Assembly (NCBI GenBank): GCA_000934665.2
Contig: JYFJ02000286.1
Coordinates: 62,001 to 126,000, forward strand
Origin: Catajapyx aquilonaris
Lineage: Eukaryota
DNA: 64,000 nucleotides
Direction of reading: 5' to 3'
In this document: positions 31,844 to 44,903 of the stretch, in pieces
Layout of the letters: each line of letters begins with the position of its first letter
How positions within the stretch are numbered: position 1 is the stretch's first letter
Translations under genes and position numbers: made by a program
Notes under the pieces: generated by a model
What the model saw: the letters and a program-made list of their open reading frames with translations, nothing else
The model's database searches: none
What the model was told of the DNA's origin: nothing

Positions 31844-34800
31844 GAAAAATTATGGGTGATTTTCTTATTGGCGAATTTGATTTGCAGAGTTGAACCCTCC
31901 CCCCCCCCCCAAAGTTATTTCGGCCCTGTAGCTGAGGCTCGGTAATCTCCTCAGGCACAGCAGCTGAGGTGACGCTCCAGCGATGAATACGGGTATTGGT
32001 TACAATGATAAATGGCTCCCTTGGAAGGACCACACGAAGCACAGTGTGCGGTTTGGTTTGACAAAAGCCGATCCGTGACAACTACTGTCCTGCGCCATTT
32101 TTACAATGCAGTAGCAGCAGTGCGGCACCGAAGCTGCCGTACGGATAAACAATGGCGCAGAAAATCAGCTGTGAATAAACGGCAGGAAAATTGCTTCTGA
32201 TGGCTTATTGCACACGGGATCCAGGGATCTCATTTTGAGGATTGGACTGACACTACGGGTACTCTAATCCGGCTGAAATTTTGTCCGTATGTTATTTGGG
32301 CTCGAAATTTATTCTCTCTGCAACATGTTACGTAACGTAACAGAGAGCGAGAGCTTAGTTCGCTTCCTAAGTGGTGTGGATGACATCTTGCGCTGTGAAT
32401 TCGTGCCAGGGAATTGGAACCTTCATTAAGGGATACGTTAGTGCTAGTGTTAGGGGAGGTGAGGGCTGAGGGATCGGAGCGAGCAGATACAGGTAGCTGT
32501 ACTTAATTAGGGCAGTACGGATAATTAGCGCGTGGCAGGATCTCATTTCGCTGGCGAAGGAAGCCCCGTGCATCCTGGGGGCTCAAACAAACGGGGCGGA
32601 CGGTGCCCGCATGGACAAGCATAGGCCGGAAATGGAGGAGGAAGAGGCCCGGGCCTTCAGAGTGCTGGATTCTGGGAAACTCCTAGACGTCCTTCGCCTT
32701 AACCGCCTCGCAGCCATCTGGCCTGCGAAACTATTTGATGAATTATTTATGAACCAAGTTTGCGTGCCAAGGAAGGGGAGTTTAGAGACAAGGAGTGGGC
32801 GCTTTGTTTTTCTTACGGATCCGGCTACTTTTGGTCAGAATGGGCTGGCCAAGATGATGGGTTTGTGCATATATTTGATTCCATCTAGAGTGCTGAAAAT
32901 AAGTAATTTGACTGATATGTTAACTGAGTAGGTTTTTTCGGCCAGAAATATTGGCAATATTTGCAACGTCAATTTGCTATACCTGCGGAATTGGTGGAAT
33001 AACCAAATATCCCCTCCGGTTTACGAGACGCTTATGGGTTTCCTCCATCCGAGATGGGAATCCAATTTTCCCCCGTGGGCCGATCCACTACTTTATCCCT
33101 TCCTTGGCGCGTCGGATCGTAACTACATATCGCCTATAAATCAATGGGGAAACGAAACAACGCCATTATGCACTTCTCCTGATGGAAAGCTGGTTCGGCT
33201 CTGGAGACTCTTTCTGCACTAGTAATGTTTGCATCTCGCAGAGAGGTAGCAACACTCCGGAGCCTATTCCACCGTGACTTCATTTCAGAACGATCGATAT
33301 ACACAATTTTTTTCCACATCCGAGCGCTCCACTTACAACTGAAAAAAAGGAGAGAGAGAGAAAGCATATAGGCTTGTAATCCCTAGGTGCTGAAAATCAA
33401 AGCTCAAACTTTGTGCTCCACAAATGAGTAAACTCTCATTTTGATTACTGACGAGGGAATAAATGTGTAGCAGTAATGTAGTCCTGACACGATTTCGGAT
33501 CGAATTGACAAGCGGGAAATGATTCTGGAAAGGTTTGAAACATAAAATATTGTGCTTTTTGATGTCATATTTACAGGTGGACGGAACATTTACATGGCAA
33601 TTGGTTTGTTGTGGCCTTGATTTGTGTGCATAATCCCTCCGCAAATTGGCCAGCTCCGGCAGCACATCATGATTGTTGGATGTGCAATTTCTGACAAAAA
33701 CACTGTAACTTACATACTTTGAATTATACTTTTTTATATATAGAGAGAGCAATTTATAACATGTCTCATTTCATTGAGATGTAGACGTTACGCGATAGAA
33801 CAGCATATCCAGACTTTCGTTTTGAATTATTGGTTGAAGGAGTGGCGAATCATGATGGATGAGCTAAGCATCAAGCTTTCGTAGTCCTAATGATACTTTA
33901 TTGCATGGTGGAGTGACAATACGGGTCAATTTGAGATCGATTTATAATACTTATCCATCGATGCTGCATCCTAATGTAGGCTACAACAACCAGTAAGTGA
34001 TAACAAAATTTAGGTCTCATTTTTTGGAAGTGTGCCACAAGTACTGCACAGGTAGGCCTACGGTATTGAAACTTATGTTACCGGTATGTGACTATACTCT
34101 CCTCATTATTCATGCGGAATGATCTGCAAATTTTATCAATGGAAATTTAAAGTCAGCGCCTTTGGCCTTCCCTTTATTTGATCATCATATGCACGGTAAA
34201 ACGGGCAATAAATAATTGCATGTTAATAGCCGATCAATAGGATTGATGCATATCATACATAGAGGGCACACGAACTTTTTTGGTGAGTCCGAACACCACA
34301 CCTTAAATGTCTTGAATTAGTTTTTTGTTACAGAAAAAGGAATATTCTAATGTAACTTTCTTATAATGATGGTAGATGCCATACTTGTGTATAACTCTTC
34401 TAATACATATGTGATAAAATGCCAAAACCTAAGTCATGAAGATTGAGTGAGATATGGCTCTCTTTCACACCCCTGCACATTTTAGACTTCTACTATTATA
34501 TTAGTTCATTAGAGCATTATCCTATCTATGAATGACTGTTTGGAAAGTTATTCGTGTTAGAGATATTGATTTGTAATTTTTGAGGATTTGGATAGGTTAT
34601 GAACAGATTCTTTTAAGTGCTAGGCTCTTTATCTTTTACTAAGGACATTTAAGATACTGTATGCGTCTTGTCGAAATTGGTCCCAGTGGAATTACGTTAG
34701 TCATAGTACTTGAGCATATGATATGATAGGTTATGTTATGATTAGAAGTGATGATTACGTATTTTTCGAGATTCTTGTAATGTTTTATATTTTAGGTTTA

Positions 34801-37035
34801 ATGTGTTATACTACCCATGTTTATTTCATTGAATGTGCAATTATTTTAGCTCATAACTATGGTTAACGTTTGCCTCCTTCTTCATTACTGACGATCCTTT
34901 ATAGGTGGATGTCGGGATGTGTGTTTGCATATAACTGACAGTATATGTTTGTATGAGACGAACCATTACCCTGGTGGAAGATTTACTAATCTTGTACTTG
35001 TAGTTCTGACTCACCCTTCATGATAAGCCTACTTTGTCAGCTATTCCTAGAGTACGTATAACAGTAATATTCCGAGTCCCAGTGCAGTAATTCCCACATT
35101 GAAAAATACCTGATAATACTCTAATATACTCGTCAGTTATCTGATTTTTTCTTGCCTAACAGAATTAATATTTTAACCAGCCCCACTACAATCATGCACT
35201 GTACAGTGCACATGGTCATATAATAAATGCACGACGTGCGCACTTGCTCATTACAAAAATGCATGCCAATACCTTCTGGGAAACACTGTAGGCACAATTT
35301 TAAATATTTCCATTTGCCTGAAAGAAAGGAATAGCCTCCGCTTAAAGCTGCCCACTGGCCGATACTCCTCGCCATGTGAAGTGTTCATTATCGTGAGGGC
35401 GGAGGTCGTTTGAAGATGAATCCGATAAGCAGCGGCTGTGACGTTCGCAATTAATGTTTGTGGTGTGGATTTATGGAGGTGGGAACGCAGAAGCTTGACT
35501 GTCAAAAAAATTACGCAGAGTTTGTACGTCATACCGGAAATTGTCACACAAATTTCCCTGTCACAAATGAACACCAGTTTGAACATAAGTTTGGAAGCCT
35601 CTGTGGGAATCTAAACCAGCAGCACAGCATACACACGCCGAGTACTCTGAAATTAACACATGCATATATGTGTACCTGTGTAACATGAACTGCCAAAGGC
35701 GAGTAGCCACCCATCATGGTTATAGCCAGTGGCACTCTGATGTGACTCTTGAGTGGATGGGTTTTGCATATTCTCTACAGCAGTAGAATGTTTCCAGAAA
35801 CGTATAGGGAATTTACTTTCATACTTCGCAGCCTGCATATTAAACGACAGGGCTTATTTCTTGAGAAATACAGTAACTTAAGTTTCACAACCTTCCACTT
35901 ACGCTCCAATTATTATTATTTAAATCACCAGAGTCTGTACTAAGAATCCAGTGAAGTTTACATTGAATTCCCGATGGACGTCACCGTTTTGTGTGATGGT
36001 GACATGGAGTACAGATGCAGTGTGGCTTTTGAGGGTTGAAGTCCCTGATTTTTTGTCAGGCTGGTTTTCTTCCATTGCATTAGGGCTGTTATGAATGTTA
36101 CTGACTTACCATGCAATTTTAATGCGATCTCATTTGGTGTGTCAGGTGGTATTTAGTCGAGGTGATGGAAGTGTCACAGGATGTATCTTCAACACAGGAA
36201 ATGGAGTAATGGATTCGTTAATTAATGCAAATTATTTCAAAATTAATTTTGTGAAGACCATAATAAGACACCTCCACCCAAAAGTGATCCTTTAAATTTC
36301 TCACGAATCAAGTGAAGTTTTTTTTATTCGCAAACCCACCAACAAAAAAGTAAATAACAGCACAGAAATGCCTTACTATCCCTTACCCCTCCTGTTAGAT
36401 AGTGACGTACAGTAGAGACAACACCAAAACTTCGGTGCTCGTTGATGGTCAACAGGGGTAAATCAGTTATTTTGAGAGATAACACAGACAACCAGGGTAG
36501 GATCATCCGACCGTGAAGCGTTGCAAAATCGCCCTCAAAGAAAAAGGAAACAATTTCATTTCGTGTCCAAATTGAGAGCAACGATTCAAGCGTGATCTTT
36601 TTATGGTCGATTAAATTGACGATGATTCGCGGAAAAGCAACAGAATGTGTCTGCTATTGCATTTGTACTGAAGTGGTACCGCATATCTCCTGCACTCGCT
36701 ATATTTGGAACACTAATTGGCTGTGTTTATTTTACCCTTTGTAGCAGCAGGAGAAACTGATCGAATTGTCAGCAAATCATATTTGGTTTTCTTCCGTCCG
36801 CTGAAGATCTGCTGAAGATTCAATCACGCGCAACCTAATTAGGAAGAAAATAGAATTAATGCGTTCGAAGACTGATAAACAAATCAGTTCAAACTGATTG
36901 CGTGTATATCCTGCCTCCTGTCCATTTGTCTCTGTAATAACTCTGAAAGAGTTAGAAAAACTATTCGTGGACTGCAAATGTAGTCATATTATACTGTATA
37001 ATTAGGCATATTCTGTAGTATGACTATTCAGCATT

Positions 37036-37044
37036 ATGATGATG

Positions 37045-37114
<70 letters not shown>

Positions 37115-37136
37115 CAACAACAACAACAACAACAAC
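37036..37136. repeat. Compound microsatellite (GAT)n-(AAT)n-(AAC)n
   Basis: Directly visible in-phase transition gat > aat > aac. Confidence 0.95.
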
Positions 37137-40100
37137 GAGAGTAAATGTTACCACTATGATTATGAGAGAGGCAATTTTTAATTACCTCTACGAATATCTA
37201 GTAGCCCTGTGTTAACAACGTATATCCCAGCTGCTGCCTGGGCTATATTAGTTTACTCGCCGTCTATGTGAAGCTCCACAAAATCAATAACGGTGCGAAA
37301 ATAATACCAGCTGGCTTCCCTGGTAGCGACTCTATCAGATCACATGCCAATCGTCGATTAATTCCGTCGTCACTACTCTTCAGCAGGCGATTCCACACAT
37401 CAGTCGCAAAGCACAAAACCCCGTCACGGCGCATTTCCGACAATAAACCCGCTTCAATACAAAATGCATTGACGGACGATGTGATGCATTCTGTTCAGCT
37501 CAAGCCACCAAATTTTTTTTGCATAGAGGGAAGGACACATCAGAGTCAGTACATCGATTTGTTGTACTTTATATTTTAATTTGGGCAGAGGTAAGAAGGA
37601 TAATCGTGGTGACGTCATAAGCCATTATAACAAATGGAGCGTTTAATCCTGCGGGGAGTTAGGACCGCCACGTTGTTTCAATTTCCGCTGGGTAGCTCTC
37701 ATTATGTCTGGGTGCCCGGAGAGCATGCATTTTTAAATTGATGGTGGATGGAATGAAGGGTATGAAGAGGTGCATTATTAAAATATTCACTGCACTGCAG
37801 AGGTACGAGAGAAAATGGTTACAAGACAGTGCCGGTATGTGTGCAGTGAACTGTACAGACTATGTGGTTAACCTTGTTGCATATTCATTGGGCGGCGACG
37901 AGTTCGAATCAACGCTCCCTTTTACGACCCACGAGGGAAAAAGTGGGGGTCTGTTTTTTAAAGTCGTTTAAACCAGTTCAGTGGTGATCCTCGTGGTTGC
38001 TACAGGATACAGCAAGAGATGTCCAATTAGGCTAATTATAATGTTATGAATTACGGTATGTAGGATAGGGAGACATGTTACTCTGCATTGTCAGCTGAAA
38101 ATTTTTTGACTTTGGGACACTCTTGCTGGAGATTTTCCAAAATATTAAATACCGTATGTGGATAACAATGGCCAATTATTGACATACAGGCGGAAGTCAG
38201 CCGGAAACACGATTTATTGGAAATGGAAAGAATGCAATAATTACATACATTCCGTTATTTCCAACATTGCGTGGGAGTGTTCGAATGGCACATTCCTTCC
38301 TGTGAAAAAAAACGTCGATACTAAATTGTTATTTGAAGTGTAGTATTAGGCCGAAGGAGAAGAAACCAGAAACAATCATCCGAAGGAGTGTCTTTCTTTT
38401 TGCGGCGTAATGGGCATCTGGCTTTTTAGAAAGCGATAGTCTACTAAAGCTCAGAATTGGCCGCCATCTGGAACACCCAGGCCATAAATTCAGCCATGGT
38501 GATTTATACGGGTAGTTCCCGCTAGATCCTCTCAAACTTTTTAACGCCAGAGCCCTTTTTTGGACGGCATATTTTCATCCTACCACTCGCGCATGCCAGT
38601 TCTAGGGGCCTCAATTGAAAACGTTGCAAAATAATAGGAAGGAGGGAACCCTGTCTGGGCCTCCACAGAATAAAACCGACATTGACGACCTGAAAGATGG
38701 GATCACATCTCAGGAGAGGAAAAATGATTTTTCAGTAATTGGGGTGGAACGAAGATGATTGAAACTTTTTGAGCTTAAAACTTTTGGAGGTCAAACTGTT
38801 AGGCCTGCATGTTATACCTTTGGAAAAGCGAAAAAAAAACTTCGTCTCCTTATGCAGTTTTCTTCTATAGCCATCATAAATAACTCAGACAGTAGCTTTG
38901 AGTAGCGTCTTGGATTATGGACACATTACCAAGAAAGTCTCACACAGACCCAAATGGGGCGGAAAGGATCCAGCTGCGGCCATAATGAAAAATAAATAGC
39001 GGGCCAAAAGCATGCACGAGTGGTCAGACCGGAGCCTTTAAGCGTTCCTTTTCTTTTTGGGAGCCCAGAGAGAAAGGCCCGGGAGGAGCAAGCAACTTTT
39101 CTGATTGATACAGAGAGGAAAGTCATGGTTTCTCTCAGTAAGCAGCAGACCATATCTCTGTAAGAGGTTCTTTGCCTGACTTGCTGCTGAATGCTGCTTG
39201 ACTATTCATCATCACCGCATGAAAAATAACGATTTTTTTTTCTCCCAGAGTCCCGTCTGCTTTTACTTGTAGATATTATACGGTTGAGCGCGGAAGGACG
39301 ATCCAGAGCCTTTTGTAGTACAGAAACCCTTTTGAAATACCGTTATTTACCGGGTGCCGTTTCACTTGCAAATGCACTCCACTGTGAACAAATATTTTTT
39401 GTGGATGTCATAAATAAGTGCTAGTGTATGCAGTTTTCATGTCCATATATGGAAGTACACTACCAGTATAGAATATATTTTATGTATATGTGCCTCTGCG
39501 TAGATCGCAGCTAAATAAATAAAAAAATGTTACTTGAGAGATACACAGGAAGACAAAAAGTAGGCTTTCAGGGATTCTAGTGCATTTTAAGATATTCTGA
39601 GAATCATCGAATGCAGTAAAGTTGTTCAAAATTGTTTGCTTAACTTTATGTCTTTGGGCTCCCAATCTAAATAAAATGTAAAATGGGGACATTAATAGCG
39701 GTTAGCAAAATATTGTTGCATAAGTGCTGTTGTCATACATAAACAATTGTACACTAAAGAGCTACATGTAGGTTTTTGCTGCAGTACAAAAGTTTCATAT
39801 TTTCTAGACATAATACTGGAAAAATATTGAATATGGCAGCATTATAGTCATTGCTGGGCTAGTGTTTGCAGGAGTCATTTAGCGGAATCACTGCTGAAAA
39901 CGATTAGCTTGATAGAATAAACGCACCACCGGGTTTCTTCAATTTACTCTAGTGATTTTGAACTTAGAAGGTTGGTGTAAAAGGTTCATAAGAGTTGAAC
40001 GAATGTCGGAGTAAGTGAGAAGCTATGTGTTTCCCTTGTCTGGCCTGGAAAAAGGCTTCCCAGAATCCAATATTCTGGCCTCTCCTTCGTTGGAAGAAGA

Positions 40101-43100
40101 TTCAGTGAAGCTTGAAGAAAAAAAGGAGGTGGGGTACCATTCCAGCGTCGCAGACTTATGGACTTTTCTTCACCCTTCTGCAGATCTCCATCAAGACACC
40201 CTTACACGCATGCGAACCCTTACCCCTAACATCATCAGTCCTTTTCATAGGCTGAACCTATTTTGAGTTGCATTACTATTTTATCAAATTGTCACCATTG
40301 AAGAATCATTGTGACCTTTTGGCCATTTTATTACAGTAAAACCTGCTTGACATTTTTTAAAACTGTCAGCGGTAGTGTTACATTAAATTCTTTTCAATAA
40401 GCTATTGCATAACAAATCACATTTTCCCAGATATGTAACAGTTAATTTACGATCAACATGAATGTCACATAGAGATAAACTATCGAATTTTTTTTGCCCT
40501 TTGGAAGTTTCGAATGTGGGGATTTCGTTGGATAGTGTTATACTCTGTACTTGAGATTCAGTTAAGGTCAGGAAAGGTGACATTTCCGCCCTCAATTTCT
40601 TGAGAACAAAACACGTAGAGCTGCCTTCTAAGTTTTTAATTAAATAGCGTGATTTATGTGGGGATTTTGGCAGCCAATATGAAGCTGTGGGAGGCAGAAA
40701 AGCCCGCTAGAATCAATGTCCGGAAGCATTTTGGAGGCCACAAAAGGCTTATGCGTCTCTTTTGGGAAACTACAGTAGATCACCTTGGGGGTTTGAACGA
40801 TGACAAAACCACCTCAATTTTTTAATAGAAAAAGTATGATAATTCTGGTGTTTACGCGTATATGGGTCACTAAAAGTTGGTGGAGTAAAAGTTTTGCCTG
40901 TAGAAGTGCGACAAATGACGAATTTCTCGCTGAAGCGCACAATCATGTTTGCAATTTATTTGAGCAATTATTAAAGTCTTTACAAAAAGGTACAGTACAC
41001 TATACTGGGCAATTTGTTTGAAGGAAGACAATGTAAACCATTGCCATTTAAAGTACTACCGTCAAAGGCGCAATATCTGACTCAATAGAGCGGGTATATT
41101 GATCGTTGATAAAACTGAACAATAACTTGAACACCAAACATACTTAACATGCAATAATTTATCAAATAACAAATTGACTCACATTTTGCTTTAAACATAG
41201 AATGTGGACGAGATAATACCACGTATACTTGTGGTTCGATAAGAGGCGAAAAGGGGCACCATTTTATCTCCTATACATCGATTAGGAGAGAATTTTGCAA
41301 TCGCGCTAGATCTGATTAGTGTTGATAACGATCCTGAGTTAATAATGGCAGAGTACGAGCTAATCCGGAATTACAAACTAAGCCCCGGTAACATTATCGC
41401 CTATTCGGACAACAGGGATTCCGAGTGAAATGCAGATTGGAATCTTCCAGGACGCAAATGTCAATAAAAGACCCTTTGGAGTAATCACCACGCCGACTTT
41501 ATGCGACGTCAAGATTTATTTGCTGGAAAAGTTCAGTTCCTCTTGAATGAAAATTTCCCTAAGGATAACGGAAGTGTTTTGGTCATCTGTCTGGACGAAA
41601 AAATAGAAATCCGTACTTAAGACGGATGTAGTTATGGCCGGATGAAATATAGACGAGGCAGATCCCGAACCGGGCGAAAACACGGGGATGACCATTTAGC
41701 AAGTGTCAACCTCTTGCAGAGTGATACATGCTCCCAGTTTGCACAGCTATTAATCACACTGTTTACATCCCTTCTGTCAATCCTTTATCAAGTGCTGTAC
41801 ACCACTACTTGCCTACCGCACAACCCCTAATTACATATTGATATTTGATCATCTAGTTAAATTGCAGCACTGAGAAGCGCAACAAGCATCGAATAGAACT
41901 TGCAACAATGACAATCAGGCCGGATTTGTCCAGATTGTGTAGCTAGTAATCAGCACATTATGACCAATCCCGCTTCCTCTACAGAGCGTCATAATTACTC
42001 TCGCGTTGCGAGATTTAAATTCATTATGACGTGCTGGAATTTCCCGTTGCACCAGCTGTAACAATCTTGCACATGGTAATGCCCAACAAAGTAAGTATGA
42101 GCTAAGTTTTGGGATAATGCGACTTACTGAAGTCATGAGAGCATTATATGCTAATTACGGTGGATTCAGAGTCGTAAGAGGCTTTTCAAAATAATGTTGC
42201 TGCTGGGCAAGTACATGTTTCAACAATCAGTTCAGAAAGGGGGTGAAAACGTGCATGCCACTATAAAATTGCAACAATGCACACATTATATTGTAGCAGA
42301 TAATACGATGAATATTGATTGGCACTCCACAATTGCCTTGCGCTTTGTGAGTTAGCAGCAATGCACTTCAAAAAATATGTGTGACCCGCATGCAGAATTA
42401 CAACGCTAATACGAATTAGCCACAAAATGAATATCATCAGAGAAACCCCCCCTTTTCTGAATAATTTACCGTCCAACTTTGTGCCACCGAGATGATCCGT
42501 CTGATGCTGCATATTTTGATGTAACGCGACCGATAATTAATTATCCAGCTTATTAGCACTTGGCTGTAAATATTTTTGGGTGGCCTCCATTCCGCGCGTA
42601 AATCAGGGCGCCTCTGGCCGCATTATGACGTCGTAAAAAACTCGTCCGTCCCCGACCAAAAGACAAAGGTGGAAGATCGGAGGCCCTTTGTTCCTGCCAG
42701 CCAGGTTTACATGAGAAACTCAAAGTCTGTCGACGTTGCCATTAATAACGGTAGATTAACGCCCTTATAAAAGGGGTTCGTAACTCCTTATATGCACGTA
42801 AAAATGAGGGTATCACGTGACTCCAGGCGCACTAAAGCGGTTCAGTATGGCTTCATAAAGTGTGCCTCGGGACAAGATTTGGCACGAATAAAGACCCGGG
42901 TTATTGTCGCCTCCAGTCGCATTCAATCAGTTTGGCTACTGATCAACAGAGCATGTCCCTGCTAATGTTTACGGCGCTTTGATGGCGATTGGGTGGCACT
43001 TTATCTGCCCCCACATGGTCACCGGGACGTGAAATGAGACGGAGAAGGAGAGAATATTGCACTTGGGCATCAATGGAAAATTAGCAGTACTGAATACCTG

Positions 43101-43450
43101 ACTGGCGTGTAAAGATACTTTGTTTCTATTGGTGCCTGGAGCCTTTGGATTACTGGATGAAGGGTTTAACGAGTGTCGTAATTCGGGTTTAATTTCTACG
43201 ATCAGGACCCGTTATTAATTGGAGTGATGATGGAGGGAGGTGCTTTTAATGGATTATAGTACTGTACATGTAGTGTATGACTGGTGCCCAGTTTATTCAG
43301 CTGCTCATGCGTAACATATTTATTTACACAAATAACGTCTTCAGTTGCATTATCATCTATATCCGATCATGCTACAGTATAGCTATATGGTATAGTTACA
43401 ACAAAAAAGTTTGGTTGAATGTAGCTAGAAATGCTGTTAAGTTAGACATA

Positions 43451-43601
43451 TTGTATCAACAGTGCAAAAAGAACTGTCCCAGTCATCCTGACGTGTGGGC
43501 TGGCCGCTCGACACACACCATGTAAGTTACATGGTGTGTGTCGAGCGGGCAGCACACACATCAGGATGACTGGGACAATTCTTTTTGAACTGATGATACA
43601 A
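43451..43601. repeat. Near-perfect 151-bp palindrome (fold-back element)
   Basis: 75-bp arms (43451-43525 and 43527-43601) with 6 mismatches around a single central G. Confidence 0.9.
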
Positions 43602-44669
43602 ATTCAAGGGCGTCATTGGTGCACTCACGCTCCTCTGTTTGCCACTAGACAAGGTTTAGTGGCTCAAACACAAGAAACTGGATCGATGGCTCTATACCCA
43701 ACGTTGGTTACTTCTTACCCCATGTTGGCTAGCACTGATGGATATTACAGTGCTTATTTAATAAATAATAGCCTGGGTTCTTTACTGGCCACAGCAACAG
43801 TTATTACTTATTACTGCATAGTGGCGCAGTGTTTTGTTATATTTTTTGCAGTTATACTGTAAGTACAGTAATTACAGAACTTAATGTTTACATGAATTCC
43901 AGAAGGTTCAACTTTGTCATTGTTTTTTCAGTGGTTATATGCAGCGTAGGGTTCACATTTTTTGCACACAATGGGGTTGATTCAGAAAACACTGACAAAA
44001 ATAATATTATGTTTTGTGTCCTGTACACGTGCCTCGGAGATAAATGCACAAGAAACTGTACAAAATATCCTAGATCTAATTAGAGGCATGCGTCTCTTTG
44101 CACTATCTAGTCATTTTAATTTAATATTATGTTTACCACACAGTTTTAATTTAAAGCTCAGCCTTATTAGTAGTCTATCACGGCTGCCTGCTACATCAAA
44201 TTAATTCATACTCATGTAATGTTAAAACTTTACATAATTTACATTTTTCACTTAAAAAGTGGCTTTGTTTGGAGGGATGCATATTTGACAGCATAATTTT
44301 ATTAGGCCTTGTGTTTCAAGCACATCATTTTGATAACGGAACCTGCGCTTATAGGACAGCAGCACCTTTTTCCCTTGTCATTTCCACACCTTTTCTCTAA
44401 GTGTTTTTATCAAGGTTTTTATGCACCCTGCCGAAGTGCAGAAATCACTTTTGAAGCTTCGAGTTACGTAACGGCTATTAACCCCATTCTATGCAGCCAA
44501 ATTTGCATATTCGTCCATTGCTATAATGTCTCTCCCATCCAAAAATGACTGATCATTTTTCTCTGAGAACATTCAAGAACTCACACTGAGAACCTATTAT
44601 GCCAGAGTTAACAACCACCGCGTATTTTGTATAGGCTACTGATACCAATTTTGGCATTCGAAAATAGGA

Positions 44670-44903
44670 AACTGAGTGAATGATTCCGCAACAAGGGATT
44701 GGTTTGAATCAGCGAGGCAGAGGTTCACCACCGATTCGTATTTTCCGTCCTATAAGCGAGCGATGCCAGAGAAACTGGCCCCGAAGAACTGCACAGCAGA
44801 ACCGCGAACTACCCGACCGAAAAGCACGCCGGATCAAGGACTCGAACTGTGGTGGTCAGATTGGGAGGCTGAGAGTTTCCGTCTGCAACCATAGCCCGCT
44901 CTC
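44670..44903 (-). mobile_element. Degenerate tRNA-derived SINE (different family from 11708-12538)
   Basis: Minus strand has A-box-like TGGTTGCAGACGG and B box GTTCGAGTCC at tRNA-like spacing, followed by a GC-rich body. The 3' boundary is approximate. Confidence 0.4.

Noticed and set aside
32611..33222. ORFs of 106 and 82 aa in a GC-rich intergenic block
   Set aside because: No recognisable motifs or coherent splice structure.
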